Assembly: GCA_021800275.1 (NCBI GenBank)
Contig: JAJYZB010000013.1
Coordinates: forward strand, 516-64,515
DNA: 64,000 bases
Direction: 5' to 3'
DNA from: a bacterium
Lineage (GTDB): Bacteria; Vulcanimicrobiota; JABDET01
A program made the position numbers and the translations under genes. The first letter of the stretch is position 1; each line of letters starts with the position of its first letter. The notes beneath the pieces are model-generated. The model searched no databases. It saw only the letters and a list, made by a program, of their open reading frames with translations, and was not told where the DNA came from. Shown one piece after another: positions 7,535-17,344 of the stretch.

Positions 7535-9769
7535 ATGAATCTTGATTTAGCATTGAAAAAATACGAAAGAATGGTTGTGTTTAATCCTAAAGATGGAGAT
7601 TCCTATTTTGCGCTTGCCCTTCTTTATGATGCTAAACAGGATGGGATGCAAGCTGCAAAAACATTTCAAAGCGCCCTTGAACATTCTCCTAAAAGTTCCG
7701 CAGTTCGATTTTTTGATGGGTCTTTTTTGGCAAGATTTTCCAAAAAACTTGATCTGGCGGTTCATCAATGGGAAAAAGCCATTGAACTGGAACCTTCTAT
7801 TTTTGCTGATTTAGAGAAACTGATTCCTGAAGATGTCTCTTACCCTTTAAAAGAAAAACTCGCCGCCACTGTTGAGGTATTTGAGAAAGAAGCCGCGGCG
7901 TCTCCTGGCAGCGTTTTTCCTTTGTCCTGTCAGGGATTTGCGTATGGGCTTTGCAAAAGTCTCAAAGAGGGGATTTCTTTTTTTGATTCACACATGAAAG
8001 CATTGGGCAGCAACTCTGCTTCTCTTTATCTTTATGGGCTTCTTCTTTTCATGGCAGAAAGTTGGGACCCTGCCGCACGGACTTTTGAAAAAGTGCTTGA
8101 AAATGATAAAACGAAAATAGGCGCTTATTATTTTCTTTCTCTCTGCTATTTAAAAGCTGATAAATTATCCCAGGCTGTTCGCTGTCTGGAAAAGCTGAAG
8201 GACACAGATCCCTCTTATGAAAAAGGAATTTATCTGTTGGCAGAAGTTTATTTGAAACTGGGGCGGTATGAGCAGGCTGTTAAATTTTTACAGCAAATTA
8301 TTCAATTCAATCCCCAGGATTCAAAAGCCCATTTTATGCTGGGGCAGTGTTATCAGGAATTATATCGTCTGGATGAAGCGGAAAAGGCGTATAAACAATC
8401 TGTTCAGCTCCAGCCCGAGTTTAAGGAACCTTATTTCAATCTTGGGATGGTTTTGACCCGATTGGGAAAATGGAATGAGGCGATTGGAAGCTTGAAAGAA
8501 GCGGCTAAACTGAGTTCTAAAGATCCCTCTGTTTTTTATCACCTAGGGCTCACCTATAATCAGACTGGTTCTTTTGAAGAAGCCATTCATTCTTTTCAAG
8601 AGGCAATTTCGATTGAACCGGTTAAAACTCCGGTTGACTGTTATTTAGGGCTTGCTCTTGCTTATGAAAAGATTGATAATTTGATTTCTGCGATTGACAC
8701 TTACAAGAAAGTGTTAGAAAAAACAGGAGGTTCTTCACAGCAGGAATCTTATATACGGTATCATTTGTCTCTCTGTTATCAGAGATTAGGAGAATACTCC
8801 CTTGCCATGGAGCAGCTGGAAGAAGTTCTCAAATTGAATCCTCAAGATGGTTATGCTGCTTATAATCTTGGATCTGTTTATGCTCATTTAGCTCTTATGG
8901 GAAAAGCTCAGGATGCTTATTCCAAGGCATGTGAATTAAACCCTAATGATCTGTATGCGCATTTTAATTTAGGAGGTATTTTAGCTCGAGATGGTTTTGT
9001 GGCAGAAGCAAACGAGCAGTTTAAAAAAGCCCTTGAATTGACACCTAAAAATGATGCTGAATTAGCTCTTTATTCAACTCTTCTAGGTCAGATGGCGGTC
9101 AATATTGAAATAGCAAAATTAAATGCCAGATTGAAAGAGTCTTATTTTGAAACGGTAAAAGCCATTATTGGATGCCTGGATGCGAAAGATAAATATACAG
9201 CAGGTCATACCAATCGAGTTTCTGTGATTGCGGCAGAAGTGGGAAAAGTTTTAAACTTGTCAAAAGATGAAACCGATTCTTTAGCTATTGCCGCTGTCCT
9301 GCATGATATTGGGAAAGTTGGAGTTCCAGATGCCATTCTTTTGAAACAGGGAAAACTAACTGCTGAAGAGTTTCAAGTCATGAAAGAGCATCCTGTTTCA
9401 GGAGCGAAAATCTTGGAACAGGTCAGTTTTCCATGGACCCAGGTCGTCAATTATGTGAAACATCATCATGAGAGGTATGATGGTTCAGGATATCCTGATG
9501 GATTAAAAGGGGAAGAGATCCCGATCGGAGCAAGAATTTTATCGGTTTCTGATTTTTTTGATGCTCTGGCAACAGAGAGGCCTTATAAAAAAGCGTATCC
9601 TATTCCTATTGTGCTTGAGCAGGCTGAAATGCAGAAAGGTAAATCTTTTGATCCCGATGTTATCGCCGCATTAAAAAAAGCGGCTCCTCGGCTGGAAGCC
9701 CTTTATAAACCTGCAGAAGCTTTGACAGAACTACCGACCTGGGAATCTTCCCTTGTTGACAGCGCATGA
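7535..9769 (+). CDS. TPR-repeat protein with C-terminal HD-GYP cyclic-dinucleotide phosphodiesterase domain
   Basis: Long TPR array (e.g. AHFMLGQCY, PYFNLGMVL, AAYNLGSVY), then YTAGHTNRV, LHDIGK, HHHERYDGSGYPDGLKGEEIP, DFFDAL..RPYK. ATG 7535 follows AAGGGAG. Confidence 0.9.
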   Translation: MNLDLALKKYERMVVFNPKDGDSYFALALLYDAKQDGMQAAKTFQSALEHSPKSSAVRFFDGSFLARFSKKLDLAVHQWEKAIELEPSIFADLEKLIPEDVSYPLKEKLAATVEVFEKEAAASPGSVFPLSCQGFAYGLCKSLKEGISFFDSHMKALGSNSASLYLYGLLLFMAESWDPAARTFEKVLENDKTKIGAYYFLSLCYLKADKLSQAVRCLEKLKDTDPSYEKGIYLLAEVYLKLGRYEQAVKFLQQIIQFNPQDSKAHFMLGQCYQELYRLDEAEKAYKQSVQLQPEFKEPYFNLGMVLTRLGKWNEAIGSLKEAAKLSSKDPSVFYHLGLTYNQTGSFEEAIHSFQEAISIEPVKTPVDCYLGLALAYEKIDNLISAIDTYKKVLEKTGGSSQQESYIRYHLSLCYQRLGEYSLAMEQLEEVLKLNPQDGYAAYNLGSVYAHLALMGKAQDAYSKACELNPNDLYAHFNLGGILARDGFVAEANEQFKKALELTPKNDAELALYSTLLGQMAVNIEIAKLNARLKESYFETVKAIIGCLDAKDKYTAGHTNRVSVIAAEVGKVLNLSKDETDSLAIAAVLHDIGKVGVPDAILLKQGKLTAEEFQVMKEHPVSGAKILEQVSFPWTQVVNYVKHHHERYDGSGYPDGLKGEEIPIGARILSVSDFFDALATERPYKKAYPIPIVLEQAEMQKGKSFDPDVIAALKKAAPRLEALYKPAEALTELPTWESSLVDSA

Positions 9770-10688
9770 TTCTATGGATAAAGGCATGAACAGAAGAAAA
9801 TTAACCTTGTTTCTACTGATTACAGGTTGTTTAATCACAGCGTTTGCGGCATCATGCGGTTTTTTTCACCACAAAATTTATGCCCAGCTTTATTTTCCCG
9901 AAAAGAGCGCTCAGCTGCTGGTTCCAATAACAGTGTCAGTCACTCGATTAACTCCTTCAATTTTGATTTCAGATCTTGAAAAAGGAGATCCTAATCCAAA
10001 GAATCTTCTTCCTCTCTTCCCTGACAAAGGAACTTTTCCTCAGGTTTCAACGGGCGGCAAAACCATCTTCATTAATTTTAAAACCCCGCCTCCTGCTGAG
10101 GAAGCGCCGCTGCTTATTCCAGGTATTTTGGCCACATTTCAACAGCTTCCAAAGTATAAAGCCGTTTTATTTTCCGTGAATGGAAATCCTGAAACTCTGG
10201 GAGAAGGAGGGGTTGAGTTAGGGAGATTTTCTTTGAGGAAATTTTGGATTAATGATAATCTGGATCTGACTCCATTTCCTTATATGACGGGTGAGTATCA
10301 AAAAGGAATCGTTTATTTAGAGCTTAAGAGAAGTCATTATCTTGTCCCTGTAACCCTTCGATTTCCTGGCAATATTACGATAGAAAAGGCCGTGGCCGCT
10401 GCTATTTCCGAGTCTCCTGACAGCATGAGTTGGCTTTTAAAAACTCCTCTTCCCTCTGGATTTAAAATTTTATCCGTTTCACGTTCTCATGACGGAATCG
10501 TCAATATTGTCATTCATCCTTCGGGAAGCTCAAGGGGAAATACCCTCGCCAATAGGGCTCTGGCTTTGAGTTTTTGCGGAATTTCAGGAGTGAAAGATGT
10601 GCGAATTAGAGTGGGGACAGGAATTTTTAGTTGGAGACCCTTGCAAAGTAAGCCAAATTTTGTTAATATAGTAAGTAAGAATAAATAA
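9753..10688 (+). CDS. GerMN-domain lipoprotein-like protein
   Basis: Signal/lipobox-like FAASC. Two repeats each with YF/YL..LVPVT, and endings TFQQLPKYKAVLFSVNG / SFCGISGVKDVRI. Synteny with amidase-murI-rph mirrors the Bacillus racE/gerM/rph cluster. Confidence 0.6.
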   Translation: MLTAHDSMDKGMNRRKLTLFLLITGCLITAFAASCGFFHHKIYAQLYFPEKSAQLLVPITVSVTRLTPSILISDLEKGDPNPKNLLPLFPDKGTFPQVSTGGKTIFINFKTPPPAEEAPLLIPGILATFQQLPKYKAVLFSVNGNPETLGEGGVELGRFSLRKFWINDNLDLTPFPYMTGEYQKGIVYLELKRSHYLVPVTLRFPGNITIEKAVAAAISESPDSMSWLLKTPLPSGFKILSVSRSHDGIVNIVIHPSGSSRGNTLANRALALSFCGISGVKDVRIRVGTGIFSWRPLQSKPNFVNIVSKNK

Positions 10689-10844
10689 AAGTTGATTTGG
10701 AAGGAGGTTGTTCGCTCTGCCTGAGGTAGGCTCATTTACTTGGCGCTTGGGGAATTTTGGGGAAATAAGCGCTGGGCATGGGCAGCAAAAAGGCAGGAGC
10801 TTGACAGCTCTGAAAAAAACAATGATTTAACGAAGGGAGAGAGA

Positions 10845-12716
10845 ATGGGGAATAAAATCAGAAAAGTCATTTTTGGAATTATTTTCTGCCTGGCAGCCAG
10901 GACAGTGTTCTGCAGCCAGGTTCCGCAGCTGGTGGTTTATGGTCAACCTGTTGTGCTGTCAGGCATTAAGATTCAAAATAATTCTATTTATCTGGCAGCA
11001 GATAACCCGATCCTAAAGCAAATAGCCGCGATTTTAGGAGAAAAATTTAAGTACGACCCGTCACAGAACCAGATTATGGTGGTCAGCCATCACCACTACT
11101 CCTTTATTTTCCCATCAGGACTTGTTCTTCATGGAGTAGGGATCCCTTTTATTCCTCATCCTTTGTTATCCAGGGGTCAGTGGTATTATCCCTTAAACAG
11201 TTATGCCAGCGCTTTTCACGCAAGCCTTGTTTCAAGTCCAGAACAAAATCGTTGGTATCTTGATCCTACGATTTTGGGAATGGCTGTTGATTTCAAAAAG
11301 AATGCAGTGAAGTTAGAGGTTCACTCGTCTAATCGTATTGAACCAAATGTCAAGATTCACGCCAAGCAGCACGAGATTACAGGTAAAATTCCATCCGCTT
11401 TTCTTTCTTCAAAAGTGACTCCTCCGACTCCTCCGATTCACAGCTTTATTACAAAGATCTCCTTTTATCAATATCACGTTGCTCCGAACGTGGTTGGATT
11501 TGTGATCCATTTCCAACCTGGGACTGTAAATTGGAACCTGAAGTCTAATCATAACGGCACAAAGTTTTCCTTAAAGTTCTCATATACTGGAATCACTAAG
11601 GGCATCGCTGCTGTTAAGCAGCCCATTTTGAAACAACTGTTCCAGCCTCAACCCCAGCAGAAGCCTGTTGGTACAGTTTTAGCTCAGGCTCCTTCAACAG
11701 CTTATCCCCCACCTACCTCTTTGACTGGCATTCATTTTAAAACAGGGAAGAAAGGACAATTTGAGGCTGTAGTTAGGCTGTCTGGAAGCACTCCTTATGT
11801 GTGGCATCAATTGAAACCACCTGACAATCGTTTTTTTATTGATTTTCTGGATACTACTAAAAATGTTGAAAAAGGGTTGAGGTATAAGAGTTCTCTCTTA
11901 AACAAGATCAGACTTGCTCAATTTCAAGCTGCTCCTGTTCCAGTAACAAGACTGGTTTTTGCGCCTTATTCTCCTATTCATGTTTTTTTAAAAGACACCA
12001 GAAACGGTATAAGAATTTCTTTGTATCCAGTTCTTCAAAAAGTGGCTTTAAAAAATTTGGGAAATTTAACAGGGGAGGGTTTCACTTCAATTTTACCTGA
12101 AACAGCGCCTCTTGCTGCTTTTAAAAGAAATCATATTACAATTGCTCTGGATCCAGGACATGGAGGGGAAGACACCGGAGCCATTGGTCCAGGCGGTTTG
12201 GAAGAAAAAAATGTGACTCTGGATGTCGGATTGAGGCTGCGGGCTCTTCTTAAACAGGATGGATTTCATGTCGTGATGACCAGAACAACGGATACCGAAT
12301 GTCTGGGATATCAAGGCACTGCTGTGGCAGAGCTTCAGTGTAGAGCCAATGTGGCAAATTATGACCATGCTGCGTTATTTATGGCTATTCACATCAATGC
12401 TTCTTACTATCCCTGGGTTCACGGAGTATCAACTTGGTGGTATAAACCTATGGATAAACCGTTGGCTCAGTTTGTTCAAAATTCGCTTGCCAAACGTTCA
12501 GGATTTTTAAATTTAGGAATCCGAAAAGCGCCTTTTTATGTTTTAAGGCATACATTCATGCCTGCTGTTCTGGTTGAATTAGGATTTATTACGAATTTGA
12601 AAGACGAACATAAATTGGAAAATCCTGATTTTAGGGAAAAGTTAGCTGAAATTTTAAATCAGGGCATAGAGAATTACGTGCGAGCATCTCTGACACACAG
12701 CCATTCTAATTTTTAA
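10845..12716 (+). CDS. N-acetylmuramoyl-L-alanine amidase (Amidase_3) with AMIN-like domains
   Basis: IALDPGHGGEDTGA, EKNVTL, FMAIHIN, PAVLVELGFITN; AMIN-like NRFFIDF and TRLVF. Signal peptide after ATG 10845 (GGGAGA RBS). Confidence 0.9.
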   Translation: MGNKIRKVIFGIIFCLAARTVFCSQVPQLVVYGQPVVLSGIKIQNNSIYLAADNPILKQIAAILGEKFKYDPSQNQIMVVSHHHYSFIFPSGLVLHGVGIPFIPHPLLSRGQWYYPLNSYASAFHASLVSSPEQNRWYLDPTILGMAVDFKKNAVKLEVHSSNRIEPNVKIHAKQHEITGKIPSAFLSSKVTPPTPPIHSFITKISFYQYHVAPNVVGFVIHFQPGTVNWNLKSNHNGTKFSLKFSYTGITKGIAAVKQPILKQLFQPQPQQKPVGTVLAQAPSTAYPPPTSLTGIHFKTGKKGQFEAVVRLSGSTPYVWHQLKPPDNRFFIDFLDTTKNVEKGLRYKSSLLNKIRLAQFQAAPVPVTRLVFAPYSPIHVFLKDTRNGIRISLYPVLQKVALKNLGNLTGEGFTSILPETAPLAAFKRNHITIALDPGHGGEDTGAIGPGGLEEKNVTLDVGLRLRALLKQDGFHVVMTRTTDTECLGYQGTAVAELQCRANVANYDHAALFMAIHINASYYPWVHGVSTWWYKPMDKPLAQFVQNSLAKRSGFLNLGIRKAPFYVLRHTFMPAVLVELGFITNLKDEHKLENPDFREKLAEILNQGIENYVRASLTHSHSNF

Positions 12717-12851
12717 GGATTGACACGCCTTTCTACTTGCCAGAAGAAGGCAGACATTCTGTGGTCTGCTAATCTGGGCCGTCATAGGAGTTAAATCGCT
12801 GAATTTGCAGATTCGAAGGGTCAAGTGACTCGTGTGGCGAAACTGGAAATC

Positions 12852-13727
12852 ATGAAGATTGGCGCATTTGATTCTGGAGTTGGTGGTTTTACAGTTCTCA
12901 AGCCGCTTTTAAAACAAATGCCGAATCTATCGGTTGTTTATCTGGCTGACACAGCTCATGTCCCTTACAGCGGAAAAACACCGGAGGAATTGGAGATTAT
13001 TATTCGGAAGATTTTAAAGTTTTTTTTAGAAAAAAAGGTAGAGGCTGTTATTTTTGCCTGCAACACTTCATCAGCCCTTGTTCTGCCAAAAGTTCGCCCG
13101 TACTCTTTTGTCCCTTTTTATGGGGTTGTGGGTCCAGGGATTAAATCTGCTTTAAAAGCCACGCAAGGAAAGGGGATCGGAGCTGCAGCCAATGAAGTTA
13201 CCGCAAAAAGCGGGATTTTTAAAAAAATGATTCATGAAAAAGATCCCGCTATTCCTGTTTTTGAGCAGAGCTGTCCCGAACTTGTTTCTTTGGTGGAAAA
13301 AGGGGATCTTTCTTCTTCAAGAACAGTTTCTGCTGTAAGAGAATACATGAAGCCTATTCGAGGGAAGATTGATGCTTTGATTTTAGGGTGCACTCATTTT
13401 CCCTTCTTGAAGAAACAGTTTGAAGATTCTCTGCCTGACTGCGCAGTCATTGATCCAGCCAATTCTTTGGCAGAAGAGTTCGCTGAAGATTTTAAAAATA
13501 AAAAAGTTTATCATGGAATTGACTCTCGTCAAAAGTTGAATAAAGGGAATATTGTTTTTAATGAAGCCGTAAAAAATCATGAACTTTTTGTGACAAAACA
13601 ATCTCCTCATATAGAGGAATGGGCTGAAAAAGTCCTGGGTTGGAAGGTGAAGGCAGAACTGCTGGATCTTAAATTTATTCGCCCCTGGACTCCTGAGGAG
13701 GTCGTTTCTTGTGAAACCCCGAGTTGA
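12852..13727 (+). CDS. murI: Glutamate racemase
   Basis: [25 protein letters not shown] (both catalytic Cys present). Confidence 0.95.
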   Translation: MKIGAFDSGVGGFTVLKPLLKQMPNLSVVYLADTAHVPYSGKTPEELEIIIRKILKFFLEKKVEAVIFACNTSSALVLPKVRPYSFVPFYGVVGPGIKSALKATQGKGIGAAANEVTAKSGIFKKMIHEKDPAIPVFEQSCPELVSLVEKGDLSSSRTVSAVREYMKPIRGKIDALILGCTHFPFLKKQFEDSLPDCAVIDPANSLAEEFAEDFKNKKVYHGIDSRQKLNKGNIVFNEAVKNHELFVTKQSPHIEEWAEKVLGWKVKAELLDLKFIRPWTPEEVVSCETPS

Positions 13728-14433
13728 TGGAAGACTTCCTGATCAGGTCAGATCTGTTCGAATAACAGGAAACTATTTGAAACATCCTGAAGGTTCTTTT
13801 CTTATTGAAATGGGGGATACTAAAGTCATTTGCGCTGCCAGTGTCGAAGAAAAGGTTCCTCAGTGGATGAAAAGTCAAAATGTTCCAGGGGGATGGATTA
13901 CAGCAGAATATGGCATGCTTCCTGGTTCAACTCATACCAGAACACCTCGAGAATCAAACAGGACAAGCGGAAGAACTATGGAGATTCAACGTTTGATTGG
14001 GCGTTCGATTCGGTCAGTCGTGGATCTTTCACTACTTGGCGAGAGAACAATCTGGCTGGACTGTGACGTCATCCAGGCAGATGGCGGAACCCGGACAGCC
14101 GCGATTACAGGAGCTTTTGCGGCTTTGAGTCAAGCATTGAATAAACTCGCTGCCAAAGGACTTGTTTCTTCTTCTCCTATTAAAGATTCTGTTGCAGCAA
14201 TCAGTGTTGGAATGGTAAAAGGGGATATTCTTTTGGATTTAAATTATCAGGAAGATTCAAAAGCAGATGTGGATTTAAATTTAGTGATGACAGGTTCCGG
14301 GCAGTTTGTAGAAATTCAGGCGACAGGGGAGAGAAAAATTTTTTCGCATCAGGATTTGAAGCGGTTCCTTGATTTAGGGGAAAAAGGAATCAGAGAACTG
14401 ATTGAAATACAGAAAAAAGCGCTAACTGGCTGA
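13711..14433 (+). CDS. rph: Ribonuclease PH
   Basis: [50 protein letters not shown]. Confidence 0.97.
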   Translation: MKPRVDGRLPDQVRSVRITGNYLKHPEGSFLIEMGDTKVICAASVEEKVPQWMKSQNVPGGWITAEYGMLPGSTHTRTPRESNRTSGRTMEIQRLIGRSIRSVVDLSLLGERTIWLDCDVIQADGGTRTAAITGAFAALSQALNKLAAKGLVSSSPIKDSVAAISVGMVKGDILLDLNYQEDSKADVDLNLVMTGSGQFVEIQATGERKIFSHQDLKRFLDLGEKGIRELIEIQKKALTG

Positions 14434-14491
14434 GTTCACATTTTTTTAACAAAGTGTTAACTTGCTTGAAATGAAATCCAGGAAATTTCTA

Positions 14492-14520
14492 TGGACAGAT
14501 TCAGATTTTAGTGATACAAT
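14492..14520 (+). promoter_or_regulatory. Sigma70-type promoter of small protein A
   Basis: TGGACA (14492-97), 17 nt, TACAAT (14515-20) with extended -10 TG. RBS AAGGAGG before ATG 14552. Confidence 0.7.
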
Positions 14521-14551
14521 AAAAGTAATCTTTCAAAAGGAGGGATGCAGA

Positions 14552-14743
14552 ATGGCAAGCGCAGTCGGCGGAGGTGGAGGACCATCACCTGTAAAGGGAT
14601 TAGGAAATATTTATAATAGCCAGGGATCGCAGAATATTCAAAATGAGGCACAAACTGCAAATACAGTCGTGGATTCTTATCAGCAAGTGGCTCAGCAGGA
14701 CAGTCAGGGAAGTGGAAGTGGAAGTCAGCCTCAAGGTGGATAA
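14552..14743 (+). CDS. Small Gly/Ser/Gln-rich protein A (63 aa), paralog of 15090-15362
   Basis: Strong RBS, own promoter and terminator; 43-aa core shared with protein B. Confidence 0.85.
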   Translation: MASAVGGGGGPSPVKGLGNIYNSQGSQNIQNEAQTANTVVDSYQQVAQQDSQGSGSGSQPQGG

Positions 14744-14767
14744 TTTATTTGCGTGATCTTGATCAGT

Positions 14768-14830
14768 AAAAATCCTGTTTATTCTGTTTATAGCGATTTG
14801 TGTTAAACGGAATAAGCAGGAATTTTTTTT
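14768..14830 (+). terminator. Intrinsic (probably bidirectional) terminator
   Basis: 18-bp stem TCCTGTTTATTCTGTTTA / TAAACGGAATAAGCAGGA (2 G-U pairs), flanked by an A-run and a T8 run. Confidence 0.8.
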
Positions 14831-15023
14831 GTCAGCAGATTTGCTGCGGCTCCACTCTTCTTTAAATTCTTTGAATTTTCAATCAACTGCCGGTGCATAG
14901 GTTTCTCGCTGCGCGGTTTCTATACAGCTCCATTTTTTCGTAAATTCGTTGAACTTTCAATTAATTGGGTTAAATATTTACATTTTATTAACAGAAAGTT
15001 AATGCTTTTGAAACAAATGCTCA

Positions 15024-15052
15024 TAGACCTTTCTCTAGTTTGATGGTATAAT
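15024..15052 (+). promoter_or_regulatory. Sigma70-type promoter of small protein B
   Basis: TAGACC (15024-29), 17 nt, TATAAT (15047-52) with extended -10 TG. RBS GAGGAGG before ATG 15090. Confidence 0.7.
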
Positions 15053-15089
15053 AATAGCATCAAAATTGTTTTTTTAGAGGAGGTCCAAT

Positions 15090-15362
15090 ATGGGAGCCAT
15101 AGCAGGGATAGCTGTTTCAGCAATTGGTGGACTTTTGGGTGGCAGCAGAGGCGGCGGGGGAGCCAGCGCAGGTGGAGCTTCAGGACCGTCTCCAGTTACT
15201 GGATTAGGAAATATCTATAATAATGAAGGGACTCAGTCTGTTCAAAATGAGGCACAAACAGCGAATACGGTTGTGGATTCTTATCAGCAGATAGCTCAAG
15301 AGGACAGCCAATCTTCAGGTGGAGGGCGGTCTAACTCAGGCGCAGGGGTCCAGACAGGCTGA
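15090..15362 (+). CDS. Small Gly/Ser/Gln-rich protein B (90 aa) with N-terminal Gly-zipper-like hydrophobic segment
   Basis: Strong RBS; core GPSPVTGLGNIYN...QNEAQTANTVVDSYQQ shared with protein A. Confidence 0.85.
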   Translation: MGAIAGIAVSAIGGLLGGSRGGGGASAGGASGPSPVTGLGNIYNNEGTQSVQNEAQTANTVVDSYQQIAQEDSQSSGGGRSNSGAGVQTG

Positions 15363-15369
15363 TCTGGTT

Positions 15370-16287
15370 TTATGTGATTCCAGATAATAGAGCTTCCAGA
15401 TCCTTCTGATAGAGCAGGTATTTGTGGCTGCAGAAGGGGCAGGCAGCTTCTACTTTTCCCTGTTTTATCAGAATGTCTTGAATTTCTTTTTTTCCTAATG
15501 CCATTAAGATCTCTTTCAGCTTTTCTTTAGAGCAGCGGCATTTGAAATGCACCCTCTGCTTTCCTAAAATTTTGAATTCGAGTCCTCCTAAAGCTCTTTC
15601 AACTAAGCCTTCAGGTGTTTCCCCTTCCTGGATTAAATGACTGACATCTGATAGTTCTGCGGCATTTTTTTCAAGTTTTGGGATCAAAGACTTTTCAGCC
15701 CCTGGAAGCAGCTGCAGCAGAATACCACCTGCAGCAATGACTCCATCCCATCCTACTAAAACTCCCAGGGAAACAATTGCGGGGATCTGTTCAGAGGTGT
15801 AAAAGTAATAAACCAGATCTTTAGCAATTTCTCCAGAAATAATCGGAGTGCATCCAGTATAAGGTTTTTCCATGTCCAGATCATAAGTTACACAGAGGGA
15901 TCCCTGATTTCCAATAATGCCAGAAACATCTAATTTTTCCCAAGAATTTAAAGGAACATGGACATGAGGGTTTTTAGCATATCCTCTGACTTCTCCTTTA
16001 GCATTAGCATCAGCAATGATTCCCCCAACGGGTCCATCCCCAAAAATCCGCAGAGTAAGCGTTTCTTCTCCTTTTAGACAGGCGCCCATGAGAGCGGCTG
16101 CAGTGAGTATGCGCCCTACGGCTGCCGTAACTGTCGGGTAGATTTTGTGCCGTTCTCGGCATTCTTCGACCATACGGGTTGTTCGCGCAGCAAGAACCCT
16201 CACGTTTCCAGAGGAGTCTGTGGCTCTGGTTAGATAGTCAAAAGGGGGAATCAACTCACTGCTTTTAAGGCTTCTTCCTGTTCCCAT
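15370..16287 (-). CDS. hslO: Hsp33 redox-regulated chaperone
   Basis: GDGPVGGIIAD, GEVRGY, SEQIP, AGGILLQLLPGA; C-terminal Zn site CRC...CPFC. Confidence 0.93.
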   Translation of the reverse strand: MGTGRSLKSSELIPPFDYLTRATDSSGNVRVLAARTTRMVEECRERHKIYPTVTAAVGRILTAAALMGACLKGEETLTLRIFGDGPVGGIIADANAKGEVRGYAKNPHVHVPLNSWEKLDVSGIIGNQGSLCVTYDLDMEKPYTGCTPIISGEIAKDLVYYFYTSEQIPAIVSLGVLVGWDGVIAAGGILLQLLPGAEKSLIPKLEKNAAELSDVSHLIQEGETPEGLVERALGGLEFKILGKQRVHFKCRCSKEKLKEILMALGKKEIQDILIKQGKVEAACPFCSHKYLLYQKDLEALLSGIT

Positions 16288-17324
16288 TTCCTTAAACTTT
16301 CTGTTAATTCATTCAGATCTCCATCCATGATTTCTTGAACATTATGAAAGGAGGAGCCAAGACGATGATCTGTAATTCTATTCTGTGGAAAATTATAGGT
16401 TCTAATTTTTTCCGATCGTTCTCCTGTTCCTACCTGCTGTCTTCGTAAATTTCCCTGTTCTTCAATTTGTTTTCTCATTTTGATTTCATAGAGATGGGTT
16501 CTTAAAATACGCATGGCTTTTTCTCGATTTTGCCTCTGGCTCCTCTCATCCTGGCAGGCAACCACAAATCCAGTTGGAATATGGGTAATGCGAATGGCGG
16601 ATTCTGTTTTATTAACATACTGCCCACCTGCCCCTGATGCGCGGAAAGTATCAATTTTTAAATCGCTTTCTTGTATCACGACATCTACTTCTTCTGCTTC
16701 TGGAAGAACAGCCACTGTGGCAGTTGAGGTGTGAACTCTTCCCGATGATTCGGTGTCAGGAACACGCTGCACCCGGTGGACTCCACTTTCAAATTTTGTC
16801 AGGCTCCAGGCTTGTTTCCCTTGAATTGAAAAAACAGCTTCTTTGATCCCTCCAAGACCGGTTGAATTGACATCCATAAGTTCAGCTTTCCAGCCTTTTC
16901 GTTCAGCAAATCGGGTGTACATTCGCAGGAGTTGAGAGGCAAAAAGAGCAGCTTCTTCTCCCCCTGTGCCAGCGCGAATTTCCATCATCACATTTTTCCC
17001 CTCATTTGGATCGCGGGGAAGAAGGTAAGTCGTAAGCTCAAGTTCTATTTTTTGTTTTTTTTCGAGGAGAGTTTTTTTTTCAGAGTCAAGATAAGATTTT
17101 AATTCGTCGTCATCAGTTTTCAGCATGCTTTCAATTTCTTCCAGATCCTTCTCTATTTGGCGGTAAGACTGATAGGTATTGACTACTTCTTCAAGAGATG
17201 ATCTTTCTACTGACAGTTTTTTAACTTCTGCAGAATCAGTCAGCACTTCAGAAGAACAGAGCAGGGCTTCCAGCTCCTGACATCTTTTTTCAAGCAAATC
17301 TAATTTTGCGGAAAGAAAAAACAT
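16251..17324 (-). CDS. prfA: Peptide chain release factor 1
   Basis: EIRAGTGGEEAALF, RVPDTES (PxT motif), GAGGQYVN, IRTYNFPQNR. Confidence 0.97.
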   Translation of the reverse strand: MFFLSAKLDLLEKRCQELEALLCSSEVLTDSAEVKKLSVERSSLEEVVNTYQSYRQIEKDLEEIESMLKTDDDELKSYLDSEKKTLLEKKQKIELELTTYLLPRDPNEGKNVMMEIRAGTGGEEAALFASQLLRMYTRFAERKGWKAELMDVNSTGLGGIKEAVFSIQGKQAWSLTKFESGVHRVQRVPDTESSGRVHTSTATVAVLPEAEEVDVVIQESDLKIDTFRASGAGGQYVNKTESAIRITHIPTGFVVACQDERSQRQNREKAMRILRTHLYEIKMRKQIEEQGNLRRQQVGTGERSEKIRTYNFPQNRITDHRLGSSFHNVQEIMDGDLNELTESLRKWEQEEALKAVS

Positions 17325-17344
17325 ATTTTTTGAGTAAAAATTAG

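Noticed and set aside
14462-14551. Longer 93-aa version of small protein A
   Set aside because: The promoter (14492-14520) and SD lie inside this extension; ATG 14552 is far better supported.
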